Shown: positions 1 through 9,757, numbered from the stretch's first letter. The stretch: DNA of 64,000 nucleotides from Terriglobales bacterium (GCA_038254775.1 JBBSFV010000005.1:31076-95075); one strand, 5' to 3'. The notes: a model not told the origin generated them from the letters alone. Program-made: numbers and translations.

Positions 1-338
1 GAACTGCCGATCAGCGAAGCACGTCCCACCCCAACCGCGTCCATAAACTCTCGAATCTGCTCCGCCAGCGAGTGTAAAAAACATTCAGAAGACGGTGCGG
101 GATCCGAATAGCCGGTATTCAGCAGATCCGGAGCATAGACCGTAAACTTTTCGGCGAAAAAAGCCAGATTCTCGGTCCAGGAAAAAGAGAAACCGAGCAA
201 TCCTGCGACAAAGATGAGCGGTGGCCCGGAACCGGCGAAGAGATATCGCATGCGCATACCTCGAACCTGTACCCATCGCTCTTGGGTGCCGGAAGGCACC
301 AGAGGTCGCAGGCTTTGAACTGTATCGGTTGTGGGCAA
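1..338 (-). CDS. alpha/beta hydrolase-fold protein, N-terminal part (gene runs off the left window edge)
   Basis: Absent from the ORF track because it is open at the edge. My minus-strand translation reads ...TQERWVQVRGMRMRYLFAGSGPPLIFVAGLLGFSFSWTENLAFFAEKFTVYAPDLLNTGYSD...EQIREFMDAVGVGRASLIGSS. This is the typical entry strand, G-x-G-P-P-L segment and approach to the G-x-S-x-G elbow. The start is uncertain (TTG 338, GTG 299 or ATG 257). Confidence 0.5.
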   Translation of the reverse strand, partial: MPTTDTVQSLRPLVPSGTQERWVQVRGMRMRYLFAGSGPPLIFVAGLLGFSFSWTENLAFFAEKFTVYAPDLLNTGYSDPAPSSECFLHSLAEQIREFMDAVGVGRASLIGS

Positions 339-397
339 CGGATTCCGGAGTTGCTGCTTCCAAGCTTACAGATACGCCTCTTGTTAGCTTTCTGAGA

Positions 398-424
398 GGG
401 AGGGCGAAAGCCCTCCCATTTTTT
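398..424 (+). terminator. Orphan intrinsic-terminator-like hairpin (GGGAGGGC-GAAA-GCCCTCCC followed by A-TTTTTT)
   Basis: Perfect 8-bp GC-rich stem with a GNRA-type loop and a T-run on the plus strand. It lies in the divergent region between the minus-strand hydrolase and the plus-strand kinase, and no plus-strand CDS lies upstream. Confidence 0.35.
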
Positions 425-639
425 GTTTTCGATGCATGAACGTTCAGAATGTCCCTGAGGAAAGTCCCCCCCAACGTTCACCCTAAAACGCCGAGAAACG
501 GGGTTCAGTGTTCGAAGTTTCAGCCCCTTCAACTCTACAAACAATCACATCCGCATCCCATTTTTTGTATATTTTCATCGACCAGCCACATATAATTAAG
601 CAAATCGCTTGTTTTCAGTATCTTCTGGGCAGGTTCACT

Positions 640-655
640 TGGCAGTTAAGTTGCA
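640..655 (+). promoter_or_regulatory. Candidate sigma54 (-24/-12) promoter TGGCAG-N5-TTGCA
   Basis: TGGCAGTTAAGTTGCA matches TGGCAC-N5-TTGCW, with GG and GC 12 nt apart. It sits directly upstream of the kinase/NtrC-type activator operon. Confidence 0.4.
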
Positions 656-659
656 AACT

Positions 660-3527
660 ATGAATGATAGTCCGAATAGCCTTTCTGACTATCGTCCAAT
701 GATGAAGGATCTGCAAATCCGGACAACTGCCATGCTGCTGGCGCTTGCCACGGTGGCAGCAATCGTCTTTGCTTGGCTTAATTATCGCCAGGAACGCGAC
801 CTTCCGGTGCCTACAGATGGCGTCTGGTGGGTAGAAGACGGCAGACATCTGGTTGCAGAGCGGGTCCATCCTGAGGGCCCGGGCGATCGCGCCGGCGTAA
901 AGCCTGGAGACGCGCTGATAGAAGTGAACGAGCAGCCGGTAGCCAACACTGCGGCGCTCATAAAGCAGCTCTACCGAAAAGGCATCTACTCAGCGACTAA
1001 ATACGCGCTGCTGCGCAATGGCGTCCGCGTGGAACTTCCGTTGATCCTGGTTCCGGCTGACAATTCTCTAAACGCCGGATTGCGGTTTATTGCACTCACT
1101 TATCTCGGAATCGGCCTTTTTGTATTGCTTCGAAGGTGGACTGCGCCTAAATCAGCTCACTTCTACATTTTTTGCCTGGTGTCTTTCGTCTTTTATGCTT
1201 TCAAATACACTGGCAAATTCAACGCGTTCGATTGGACGATTTACTGGGCGAACGTGGTGGCTTGGCTATTGCAGCCGGCATTGTTTTTGCATTTCTCGCT
1301 GACTTTTCCGGAGAAACGTCAGCTCCTGGTACGTCACCGCTGGCTGACGCCCGCGATCTATCTTCCAGCAGCGATCCTGCTGACTGTCCACATCCTGGCT
1401 TTACAGACCCGGCAGGCCACTGAACTTCTTCGTTTTGAGCTTGACCAGATGCATTGGTCCTATCTAGCGACGTTCTTCACCGTCGCAACGCTTGTTTTGT
1501 GGGATAGCTACCGCCGCGCTGATAACCCCGTGCTGCGCCAGCAGATGAAACTCGTCACCCGCGGCACCACTCTGGCGATTGCGCCGTTCACGATCTTTTA
1601 CGTGATTCCCTATCTAAATGGTTCGCTGCCCACGGCGGTGATGAAAATCTCCGTGCTTTCATTGATCTTCCTGCCACTTACCTTTGGCTATGCCATCGTG
1701 CGGTATCGCTTGATGGACGTAGACATCATCTTCAAGCGCGGAATGATCTACACCCTTGCCACGGCGAGTGTGGTCGGGGTTTACTTCGGGATCGCGGGAT
1801 TGATCGCCCAGTTCATTGCCGTAAAACTGCCGATCGGTAATGGTGGGCTGATCGCCGCCATCATTGTGACCGCTCTGCTGTTTGAGCCCATAAAGCACAT
1901 CATCCAGGAACGTTTAAACAAAGTTTTTTATCGCAAGCGCTATGACTACCGGCGCACGCTGATCGAATTTGGCCGCGAGCTGAGTTCTGAGACCGACCTC
2001 AGCACCATGTTGTCCTCAGTGGTGGAGCGGCTCTCTCGGACTTTATTGGTGGACCGCATCGCGATCGTGCTTTCCACCGGTGACACACCAGAACGCTTCC
2101 TGCTGGCAAAGTCCTACGGAATCTCCTACATGGGAGAGCTGGATTTTTCTTTCCTTGCAACGCATCAATTTAACGATGAGACTCCGCACCTGTTTTTTGA
2201 TAATACCCGGCAAGTCCCGCATGAGGCTTCCACCGCGCAGGTCACAATCGCGCAGCTCGACTTGAACTATTACATTCCGTGCCGCATCCAGAACCGCACC
2301 ATGGCGGTGCTCGGCCTAGGGAAAACGGTTGAAGGCGACTTCCTCTCCAGCGAAGACGTGGAATTGCTCGAAACGCTAGCCGGATACCTGGGAATCGCCA
2401 TCCAGAACGCGCTGCTTTATGCGTCGCTCGAGCAAAAAGTGGTCGAATATGAGCGCTTGAAGGACTTCAACGAAAACATCGTGGAATCCATCAGCGTCGG
2501 CGTGCTCGCGGTGGACCTCAATGATCGCGTGGAGTCCTGGAACTCGCAGATGGAAGTGATGTACGCCACGGAGCGAGCGCAAGCGAAAGGCCGGCTGCTG
2601 AGTGACATCCTTCCAGCTCATTTCATGGAGGAGTTTTATCGCGTCCGGCAGAATCCGGGCATCCACAATCTTTACAGATTCCGGTTGAATACGCCCACTG
2701 GCGAGACCCGCATTGCGAATGTTGCGATCGCTCCGCTCGTCACACGAAATTTTACCGTGGTCGGCAGGTTGATCATAGTGGATGACATCACTGAGCGCAT
2801 GGCACTGGAATCACAACTTTCCCAGGCGGAAAAGATGTCATCCATCGGATTGCTTGCCGCGGGTGTAGCGCATGAGGTCAACACCCCGCTTGCAGTGATC
2901 TCTTCCTATGCGCAAATGCTATCCAAGCAGGTGCAGCAGGATCCGCAGCTTTCCCCGCTGCTGGAAAAGATCACACGCCAGACATTCCGCGCGTCTGAGA
3001 TCGTGAATAACCTGCTGAACTTTTCCCGCACCAGCGGGACTGAGTTCGCGGAACTCGACGTAAACAAAGTGATTGCAGACACCCTGGCCTTGCTGGAACA
3101 CCAGTTCAAGACCGGCCGGATCAAAGTCGAATCGCGGACCAGCGACGATCTGCCACTTATTTATGGCAACTCCGGAAAGCTGCAACAGGTCTTTCTGAAT
3201 CTCTTTCTGAACGCAAAAGACTCCATGCCGGACGGTGGCTCCCTGCGCGTACATACTGCCAACGGGCACAACGTGATGGTGAGCATCTCTGACACCGGCA
3301 CCGGGATCGCGCTGGAACACATCGCCCGCATCTATGACCCTTTCTTCACCACCAAGAATACGATCAAAGAAGGCCAACGCCGTGGGACTGGATTAGGCCT
3401 CTCCGTGACTTACGGGATCATCCAGGAACATGCGGGCAAGATCAGGGTCGAAAGCCAGCCCGGAGAAGGCACCACGTTCCATCTTGAGTTCCCTATCGGC
3501 AGCACCAGGAAAGCAGTTCATGCCTGA
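660..3527 (+). CDS. Sensor histidine kinase (TM + PDZ-like periplasmic segment, polytopic membrane domain, GAF-like, PAS-like, HisKA, HATPase_c)
   Basis: Long ORF 609-3527. It has a PDZ-like GVKPGDALIEVNEQPV segment, about 6 hydrophobic helices and the H-box AAGVAHEVNTPL. ATPase boxes are LNLFLNAKDS, DTGTGI and GTGLGLS. ATG 660 or ATG 699 is more plausible than TTG 609; 699 is favoured if the sigma54 promoter is real. Confidence 0.9.
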   Translation: MNDSPNSLSDYRPMMKDLQIRTTAMLLALATVAAIVFAWLNYRQERDLPVPTDGVWWVEDGRHLVAERVHPEGPGDRAGVKPGDALIEVNEQPVANTAALIKQLYRKGIYSATKYALLRNGVRVELPLILVPADNSLNAGLRFIALTYLGIGLFVLLRRWTAPKSAHFYIFCLVSFVFYAFKYTGKFNAFDWTIYWANVVAWLLQPALFLHFSLTFPEKRQLLVRHRWLTPAIYLPAAILLTVHILALQTRQATELLRFELDQMHWSYLATFFTVATLVLWDSYRRADNPVLRQQMKLVTRGTTLAIAPFTIFYVIPYLNGSLPTAVMKISVLSLIFLPLTFGYAIVRYRLMDVDIIFKRGMIYTLATASVVGVYFGIAGLIAQFIAVKLPIGNGGLIAAIIVTALLFEPIKHIIQERLNKVFYRKRYDYRRTLIEFGRELSSETDLSTMLSSVVERLSRTLLVDRIAIVLSTGDTPERFLLAKSYGISYMGELDFSFLATHQFNDETPHLFFDNTRQVPHEASTAQVTIAQLDLNYYIPCRIQNRTMAVLGLGKTVEGDFLSSEDVELLETLAGYLGIAIQNALLYASLEQKVVEYERLKDFNENIVESISVGVLAVDLNDRVESWNSQMEVMYATERAQAKGRLLSDILPAHFMEEFYRVRQNPGIHNLYRFRLNTPTGETRIANVAIAPLVTRNFTVVGRLIIVDDITERMALESQLSQAEKMSSIGLLAAGVAHEVNTPLAVISSYAQMLSKQVQQDPQLSPLLEKITRQTFRASEIVNNLLNFSRTSGTEFAELDVNKVIADTLALLEHQFKTGRIKVESRTSDDLPLIYGNSGKLQQVFLNLFLNAKDSMPDGGSLRVHTANGHNVMVSISDTGTGIALEHIARIYDPFFTTKNTIKEGQRRGTGLGLSVTYGIIQEHAGKIRVESQPGEGTTFHLEFPIGSTRKAVHA

Positions 3528-4956
3528 GATCGCGGTTTTACCTCGCAAAAGCTCGAGCCCTTCTGAACCCGGCAGCAAAGGGTCCATCCTGATTATTGAC
3601 GATGAAGCAGCGATCCGCGAATCACTTGAGACCCTGCTCGCGTTTGATGGCTATTCCGTTGATACCGCTGAGACCGGCGAAGATGGCCTGTCGAAGCTCG
3701 AGAATTCTCCGTACGATCTGGTTTTGTTGGATTTCGCATTGCCGGACAAGAATGGTTTGGAAGTGTTGAGCGAGATTCGGGATCGTGATGCAAATCTCTC
3801 CGTGATCATGATCACCGCCTACGGCACGGTAGAGAATGCGGTGCGCGCCATGCAGAATGGCGCCACCAACTTTATCCAGAAGCCGTGGGACAACGAAAAG
3901 CTGCTTGCGGATGTGAGCGCTGCTGTCACCAGGCGTCGAGCTGAAGAAGAGAATATCCAGCTCAAGCGCGCATTCAAAAAGCGGTACAACTTTGAGAACA
4001 TCGTGGGCAAGAGCGATCCCATGCTCCGCATCTTTGATCTGGTGGCTCAAGTGGCGCCCAGCCGTTCTACCGTTCTGATCCAGGGAGAAAGCGGCACGGG
4101 AAAAGAGCTGATCGCGAAAGCCATCCATGCCAACTCTCCGCGCAAGGACCGTCCCTTTGTTCCGGTGAATACCGGCTCCATGCCTACGGACTTGCTCGAA
4201 TCGAGCCTCTTCGGGCACGTGAAGGGGGCCTTCACCTCAGCAGTTGCTTCCAAGAAGGGACTGTTTGAGGTCGCGGATAAAGGCACTCTCTTCCTGGATG
4301 AGATCGGTTCCATGGGCCTGGATACTCAGGCCAAGATCTTGCGCGTTCTGCAGGACAGGAAATTCATGCATCTGGGCGGCGTACAGGAGATCCAGGTAGA
4401 TGTTCGCATCATCGCCGCCACCAATGAGGACTTGAAAGAGCTTGTCAAGCAAGGCCGCTTCCGCGAAGACCTTTTTTACCGCTTGAACGTGATCGCCGTG
4501 GATCTACCACCGTTGCGCAAGCGTGCGGAAGATATTCCACTTCTCATTCAACATTTTTTGAAGCGCTTTTGTGAAGAGAACGGCAGAGCGATGCTGAACG
4601 TCCACCCGGATGCGATGCGAGTGCTCATGGACCACGGGTGGCAAGGCAACGTCCGCGAGCTAGAGAACGTGATTGAGCGCGCGGTAGTCCTGTCTTCCGG
4701 TCAGACGATCGCAACCGAGCTGCTGCCGGACGGCATCGTTGGACGGGCGCCGATCGCAAGCCTCCTCGAAACCCATCCCGACGCATCTTTGTTTGACATC
4801 ATGGAAGATTGCGAGCGCCGCATCATCATCGATATGCTGGAAAAATGCCAATGGAACCAGACCGATGCCGCAGAAAAATTCCGCGTGCCGCTCTCCACGC
4901 TGAACCAGAAGATCAAACGGTTGAACATTGAGATAAAGAAGAAGGGAAAAGAGTAG
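3520..4956 (+). CDS. Sigma54-dependent response regulator (NtrC family: receiver + AAA+ sigma54-interaction + Fis-type HTH)
   Basis: Receiver segment ILIIDDE...LLDFALPDKNG. AAA+ motifs are GESGTGKE, GAFTSA (GAFTGA loop variant) and ESSLFGH. The C-terminal HTH reads QTDAAEKFRVPLSTLNQKIKRL. ATG 3520 overlaps the kinase stop (ATGCCTGA); the track start 3430 is an upstream extension. Confidence 0.92.
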   Translation: MPEIAVLPRKSSSPSEPGSKGSILIIDDEAAIRESLETLLAFDGYSVDTAETGEDGLSKLENSPYDLVLLDFALPDKNGLEVLSEIRDRDANLSVIMITAYGTVENAVRAMQNGATNFIQKPWDNEKLLADVSAAVTRRRAEEENIQLKRAFKKRYNFENIVGKSDPMLRIFDLVAQVAPSRSTVLIQGESGTGKELIAKAIHANSPRKDRPFVPVNTGSMPTDLLESSLFGHVKGAFTSAVASKKGLFEVADKGTLFLDEIGSMGLDTQAKILRVLQDRKFMHLGGVQEIQVDVRIIAATNEDLKELVKQGRFREDLFYRLNVIAVDLPPLRKRAEDIPLLIQHFLKRFCEENGRAMLNVHPDAMRVLMDHGWQGNVRELENVIERAVVLSSGQTIATELLPDGIVGRAPIASLLETHPDASLFDIMEDCERRIIIDMLEKCQWNQTDAAEKFRVPLSTLNQKIKRLNIEIKKKGKE

Positions 4957-5031
4957 GGCGGCATCCCAGATTTTCATTTTCCGCTGCTCTATGCGTCGCC
5001 CTTCTCTGTACAATGACCGGACGCTTATCTT

Positions 5032-5817
5032 ATGGAACTGCTCTCACCTACAGAGATAGTCAAAGGCAATCTACTCGCGGTGCAGGACTACGGCCGCCTG
5101 GCTGGTCGCTCGGTCAAAAACCTCTTCCAGAAGCCGCGTTACTTTGCGGACATCGTTCAACAGTCTGATGTGATCGGCGTAGGTTCCCTGCCCATTGTGG
5201 TGCTGACCGGATTCTTTACCGGCGCGGTGCTCGCACTGCAGGGTTCGGCGACCTTGTCTAAATTCGGATCGCTGTCGCTGACTGGGCAGGTGGTCTCGCT
5301 CAGCATGGTGCGGGAACTGGGACCGGTACTCACGTCGCTGATGGTCGCGGGCCGCAACTCTTCGGGGATGGCCAGTGAGCTGGGCTCCATGAAAGTGACG
5401 GAGCAGATAGACGCCATGCGTGCGCTCGGCACTGATCCAACCAAGAAACTGGTGACGCCGCGTGTGCTCTCCACCGTGGTCATGATGTTTTTCCTCACCA
5501 TCATCTCTGATCTTGTGGGACTTACCGGCGGCTGGATCGTCTCCAGTTTCATGTTGGGACTGAATAGCTTTCAATACTGGAGCCAGGCATATCAGAACCT
5601 GGGAGCAGAGGACGTGACGATGGGGCTGGCGAAGCCGGTGATCTTCGGCTTCATCATCTCCACCGTAGGCTGTTATTACGGCCTTGCCACGAAGGGTGGC
5701 ACGCAAGGAGTGGGCCGCGCGACCACACAGGCGGTGGTGGCTTCGTCGGTTTTGATCCTCGTGCTCGATTTCTTTCTCACGCGCCTGATCATGGTGTGGT
5801 TCGGCACGGCGATCTGA
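5032..5817 (+). CDS. mlaE: MlaE/YrbE-family ABC transporter permease
   Basis: 261-aa polytopic ORF with the MlaE-type core VRELGPVLTSLMVAGRNSSGMASELGSMKVTEQIDAMRALGTDP. Confidence 0.85.
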   Translation: MELLSPTEIVKGNLLAVQDYGRLAGRSVKNLFQKPRYFADIVQQSDVIGVGSLPIVVLTGFFTGAVLALQGSATLSKFGSLSLTGQVVSLSMVRELGPVLTSLMVAGRNSSGMASELGSMKVTEQIDAMRALGTDPTKKLVTPRVLSTVVMMFFLTIISDLVGLTGGWIVSSFMLGLNSFQYWSQAYQNLGAEDVTMGLAKPVIFGFIISTVGCYYGLATKGGTQGVGRATTQAVVASSVLILVLDFFLTRLIMVWFGTAI

Positions 5818-6626
5818 TGGCTGAAAAGACCCAACCGCCAGTGGAACAGACGATTGTTTTTGAAGATGTTTATCTTGGATTTGAGGATAATGCCGTACTC
5901 CAAGGTGTTTCTTTCGAGCTTCGCCGCGGTGAAACGAAAATATTGCTTGGCATTGCCGGCTCCGGAAAAAGCACCATCCTAAAGCTTGCACTTGGCCTGA
6001 TAAAACCGGATTCAGGCCGCATCTGGGTTTTGGGAGAAGAGGTCTCTGCGCTTCCCGAAGAGCAATTGTTCGAGCTGCGGCGCCGCGTTGGCATGGTCTT
6101 CCAGGAAAGCGCGCTGTTTGACTCGATGATGGTCAAAGACAATGTCTCGTACCGTTTGCAGGAAGAGCACGTCACTCAGGAGGAGATCGACCGCCGAGTG
6201 ACCGAAGCATTGCGGTTCGTAGAGTTGGAACACACGCTCACCAAGTTTCCGGCTGAGCTCTCTGGGGGCATGCGGCGACGCGTCGCTATTGCTCGCGCCA
6301 TCATCACCGAACCCGAGGTGATCCTCTATGATTCCCCCACCGGGGGCTTGGATCCGATCACTTCCACGCGCATCATTGAGCTGGTGGTGAAACAAAGAGA
6401 CGTGTCAAAAACCAGCGCTCTACTGGTGACTCATCGGTTGCAGGACGCCTTCGTGATGGCAAGCCATCGCTTTGATCGCGCCAGCAATCAGATGGTCGAA
6501 ACCAAACAAGGCGAGGAAACGCACACCAGTTTCCTGATCCTCAAAGAAGGTAAAGTGATCTTTGATGGGTCAGCTCCGGAACTGGGACAATCCCGTGACG
6601 AATACATTCAGGAATACATCTCCTAA
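5817..6626 (+). CDS. mlaF: MlaF-like ABC transporter ATP-binding protein
   Basis: Walker A GIAGSGKST, signature LSGGMRRR and Walker B ILYDSPTGGLD. ATG 5817 overlaps the mlaE stop (TGATG). Confidence 0.85.
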   Translation: MAEKTQPPVEQTIVFEDVYLGFEDNAVLQGVSFELRRGETKILLGIAGSGKSTILKLALGLIKPDSGRIWVLGEEVSALPEEQLFELRRRVGMVFQESALFDSMMVKDNVSYRLQEEHVTQEEIDRRVTEALRFVELEHTLTKFPAELSGGMRRRVAIARAIITEPEVILYDSPTGGLDPITSTRIIELVVKQRDVSKTSALLVTHRLQDAFVMASHRFDRASNQMVETKQGEETHTSFLILKEGKVIFDGSAPELGQSRDEYIQEYIS

Positions 6627-6670
6627 CGAGAAAAGCGCGTACGAAGACGCGCTCTGATTCTGGGAGTAGA

Positions 6671-7108
6671 TTACTTTGCAGACGCGCGTCGGGATTGACC
6701 CATCTTTGCCACACGGGGTGCCATCTTGCGAAGACGTCTGAGCTTTGGATAAATTTCTCTATGTTCCCCATGAAGCCGGGGTTCTCCATGGCCTCACGTG
6801 TTTGTTGAAGGATAGGGCTCATCTTCGCGTATACAAAGAACATCTCTCCCGACCAATCGGCAAATAAATCGGCATTCACCGCCCCCCCGCAAAGGCAGGC
6901 TGGCAGCCATCTCCCAGAATGAGATGACCTGCCGAAAGTACGCATTCTGCTCACTGCCCCAGGCATTGGCAACCGCAAGAACGTCATCCGCGCTTTTAGG
7001 CCAAAAATCCCCCACGATGAAATTGCGCGCTTTGCGCATTACCTCTTCGCGTCTTAGGTCGTACAGCTTCAAAACGAGTTCAGCTTCAGAAGTGGATACA
7101 TTTGCCAT
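6671..7108 (-). pseudogene. Conserved-looking small protein downstream of topA, reading frame broken at a G7 homopolymer
   Basis: The intact ORF 6794-7108 starts MANVSTSEAELVLKLYDLRREEVMRKARNF... but turns to junk after the run at 6882-6888. Protein-like sequence (AVNADLFADWSGEMFFVYAKMSPILQQTREAMENPGFMGNIEKF) continues in another frame. A basic tail (PKLRRLRKMAPRVAKMGQSRRASAK, stop 6671-6673) is back in the first frame. Confidence 0.45.
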
Positions 7109-7119
7109 AAAATCTCCTC

Positions 7120-9681
7120 TTATTGGACCAAAGTTGTGACCGGCTCCGCTTGCGGCTCAACCGGATCAGCGATCTGTTTTTCGAAGTGGCATTTCGGTGC
7201 TGTTTCTTCGTCTACGGGAACGGCTTTTTTCCGGCCGCGTTTCGGCTTCTCTTCTTCACCAGCGTTCTTCTTATTATTCGGGCACACAAGCCAGGAGCCG
7301 GACTTTAGATTCTTTTCTACCAGATACTCGCTGCCACACTCCGGGCACTTCTCCGCCACAGGTTTGTAGTTGGAAGTGAAATCGCACTTGGGATACGCCG
7401 TGCAGCCATAAAAGAGATTACCGCGGCGGGCTTTCTTTTCTGCCACTTCACCCTCATGGCACTTCGGGCACGGAACGCCGATGGTGTTCTGCTTCACATA
7501 TTTGCACTTTGGATATCCGCTGCAAGCCACAAACTTTCCGTATTGCCCCTCGCGTTCAACGAGTTTGTGTTCCTTGCACAAGGGGCAGACCTCATCGAGT
7601 TCGACGGGCTTTGACTGTTTAGGCTGGCCGATCTTGCGCACGCTGCGGCAGGTGGGATACCCGGTGCAAGCCATGAATTGCCCGAACCGACCACGCTTCA
7701 GAACCATTGGCTGGCCGCAACTCTCGCAGACCTCCTCGCCGATGTCTTCGTCCACTTCCAATTGCTTGTCTGGCTTCTCTTTGGTGAAGTTGCAGCTGCC
7801 TTTTTTCTTTTTGTCGTATGCCGAACAGGCCAGGAACCAGCCGTGACGCCCCCAACGCTCTATCATGGGCGAACCACACCGCTCACAAATCTCTTCGGTG
7901 GGTTTCTTCATGGTCTTGATGTTTTCCATGTGCTTCTCTGCATAGCTGATGTCCTTCACCAGCTTTTTGTAGAAGCCTGCCATGGCATCGGTCCACAATT
8001 CGCGGCCCTCACCTATCTCATCAAGTTCCTCTTCGAGGCGCGCGGTGTAATCGGGATCGAAGATGTCCTCAAAATTCTGTACCAGCAATTCCGCCACGAC
8101 CTCGCCGGTCTCCGTGGGCATGAAACGACGATCATGCTTGATCACATATCCGCGCTCCTGGATGGAAGTGATGATGGCGGAGTAAGTGGAGGGGCGCCCT
8201 ACGCCCCGTTCTTCCAGTTCCTTCACCAGAGAAGCTTCGTTATAACGCGGCGGAGGCTCCGTGAAATGCTGTTCCGGATTGAGCGAGTTCATCGTGAGCT
8301 TCTCGCCTGCTTCAAGCGGCGGAAGCTTGTGTTCCAGCTCTTCATCCTCCTCGTCTTTAGTTTCCTTAGCTTCTTCATAGACCTTCAGAAAACCCGCGAA
8401 CTTGAGCACCGATCCGGTCACGCGAAACTGGAATTTATCCTTATTGCTGCCGGCTTCGATCTCAACCGTGGTGCGATCGAAGATGGCGGGCATCATCTGT
8501 GAAGCGATAAAGCGCTGCCAGATCAGCTTATAAACGCGGTACTCATTCGGCTGCAGATATTGCTTGATGCTCTCCGGATCACGCGTTACGGCGCTGGGGC
8601 GGATCGCTTCATGCGCATCCTGCGTATTAACTTCTTTCTTGCCCTTGTAGACGTTCGCCGCTTCAGGCAGGAATTCTTTGCCGAACTCGCTGGTGATGTG
8701 CGCGCGGACTTCTTCCAAGGCCTCTTGCGAAACGCGCGTCGAGTCCGTCCTCATATACGTAATGAGGCCGACGGAGCCTTCTTCACCCAGTTCCACGCCC
8801 ATGTAAAGCTTTTGTGCGATGCCCATCGCCACCTTCACCGGAAGGCCCAGCTTGCGGGATGCGTCCTGCTGGAATTTGCTGGTGGTGAACGGAGCCACCG
8901 GGCGGCGTTGCTGTTCTCGCCTCTCAACATTGGTGACAGACCATGCGGCTTTTTCAAGCTGGGCAGTGATCTCAAGCGCCGGCTTTTCCGCGCCGATCTG
9001 CAGCTTTTCGAATTTCTCGCCATTCTTCCCGATGAATTGTGCGTCGAATGCGGGTGGAGTCTTTCCAGACAAATTCGCCAGAATGGTCCAGTATTCTTGC
9101 TTGTTGAATGCCCGGATCTCTCGCTCGCGCTCCACAATGAATCGAAGCGCGACAGTCTGTACGCGTCCTGCTGAAAGTCCGCGTTTTACCTTGTCCCATA
9201 GAAGCGGAGATATCTTGTAGCCGACCAGGCGATCGAGAACCCGCCGTGCCTGCTGTGCGTCCACCAGGTTCCAGTCGATACCGCGCGCGTGTTCAAAGGC
9301 TTCTTTCACCGCGCGCTGGGTGATCTCATTAAAAGTGACGCGGAACACCGGCACTGGTGGTTTCTTTTTGCTGTCGCGGGTGACTCCCAACTCTTCCGCA
9401 AGATGGGCGGCGATCGCTTCCCCTTCGCGGTCCGGGTCAGGCGCCAAATAGATAGCGATTGCGTTCTTAGCTTTCTTCTTGAGCGCGGCGAGGACTTTCT
9501 CCTTGCCCGGGATGACTACCAGCTCGATGGCAAAATTATTCTCAGGATCTACTGCTAGACCGTTCTTCGGCAGATCTTTCACGTGGCCCAACGAGGCTTC
9601 CACGTCAAAGTCCTTGCCCAGATATTTATTGATCGTCTTCGCCTTGGCGGGCGATTCGACTATGACTAATGACTTAGGCAT
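7120..9681 (-). CDS. topA: DNA topoisomerase I
   Basis: 853 aa. TOPRIM start LVIVESPAKAKTINKYLG, a type IA core, and five C-terminal CxxC...CxxC zinc ribbons. Confidence 0.97.
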   Translation of the reverse strand: MPKSLVIVESPAKAKTINKYLGKDFDVEASLGHVKDLPKNGLAVDPENNFAIELVVIPGKEKVLAALKKKAKNAIAIYLAPDPDREGEAIAAHLAEELGVTRDSKKKPPVPVFRVTFNEITQRAVKEAFEHARGIDWNLVDAQQARRVLDRLVGYKISPLLWDKVKRGLSAGRVQTVALRFIVEREREIRAFNKQEYWTILANLSGKTPPAFDAQFIGKNGEKFEKLQIGAEKPALEITAQLEKAAWSVTNVERREQQRRPVAPFTTSKFQQDASRKLGLPVKVAMGIAQKLYMGVELGEEGSVGLITYMRTDSTRVSQEALEEVRAHITSEFGKEFLPEAANVYKGKKEVNTQDAHEAIRPSAVTRDPESIKQYLQPNEYRVYKLIWQRFIASQMMPAIFDRTTVEIEAGSNKDKFQFRVTGSVLKFAGFLKVYEEAKETKDEEDEELEHKLPPLEAGEKLTMNSLNPEQHFTEPPPRYNEASLVKELEERGVGRPSTYSAIITSIQERGYVIKHDRRFMPTETGEVVAELLVQNFEDIFDPDYTARLEEELDEIGEGRELWTDAMAGFYKKLVKDISYAEKHMENIKTMKKPTEEICERCGSPMIERWGRHGWFLACSAYDKKKKGSCNFTKEKPDKQLEVDEDIGEEVCESCGQPMVLKRGRFGQFMACTGYPTCRSVRKIGQPKQSKPVELDEVCPLCKEHKLVEREGQYGKFVACSGYPKCKYVKQNTIGVPCPKCHEGEVAEKKARRGNLFYGCTAYPKCDFTSNYKPVAEKCPECGSEYLVEKNLKSGSWLVCPNNKKNAGEEEKPKRGRKKAVPVDEETAPKCHFEKQIADPVEPQAEPVTTLVQ

Positions 9682-9757
9682 TCTTCGCTTTCTGTTTCCG
9701 AAACTAACACATTATGTTGATCGGATAGCAACACGAGAGCTTTAACAATCATAAGGT

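Noticed and set aside
3622-4218. 198-aa minus-strand ORF
   Set aside because: It is antisense to the sigma54 activator AAA+ core.
5071-5991. 306-aa minus-strand ORF
   Set aside because: It is entirely antisense to the well-supported mlaE/mlaF genes, and its Arg/His-rich composition is typical of a shadow ORF in GC-rich coding DNA.
7678-9174. Plus-strand ORFs of 274 and 204 aa (7678-8502, 8560-9174)
   Set aside because: They are antisense shadows of topA and have no motifs.
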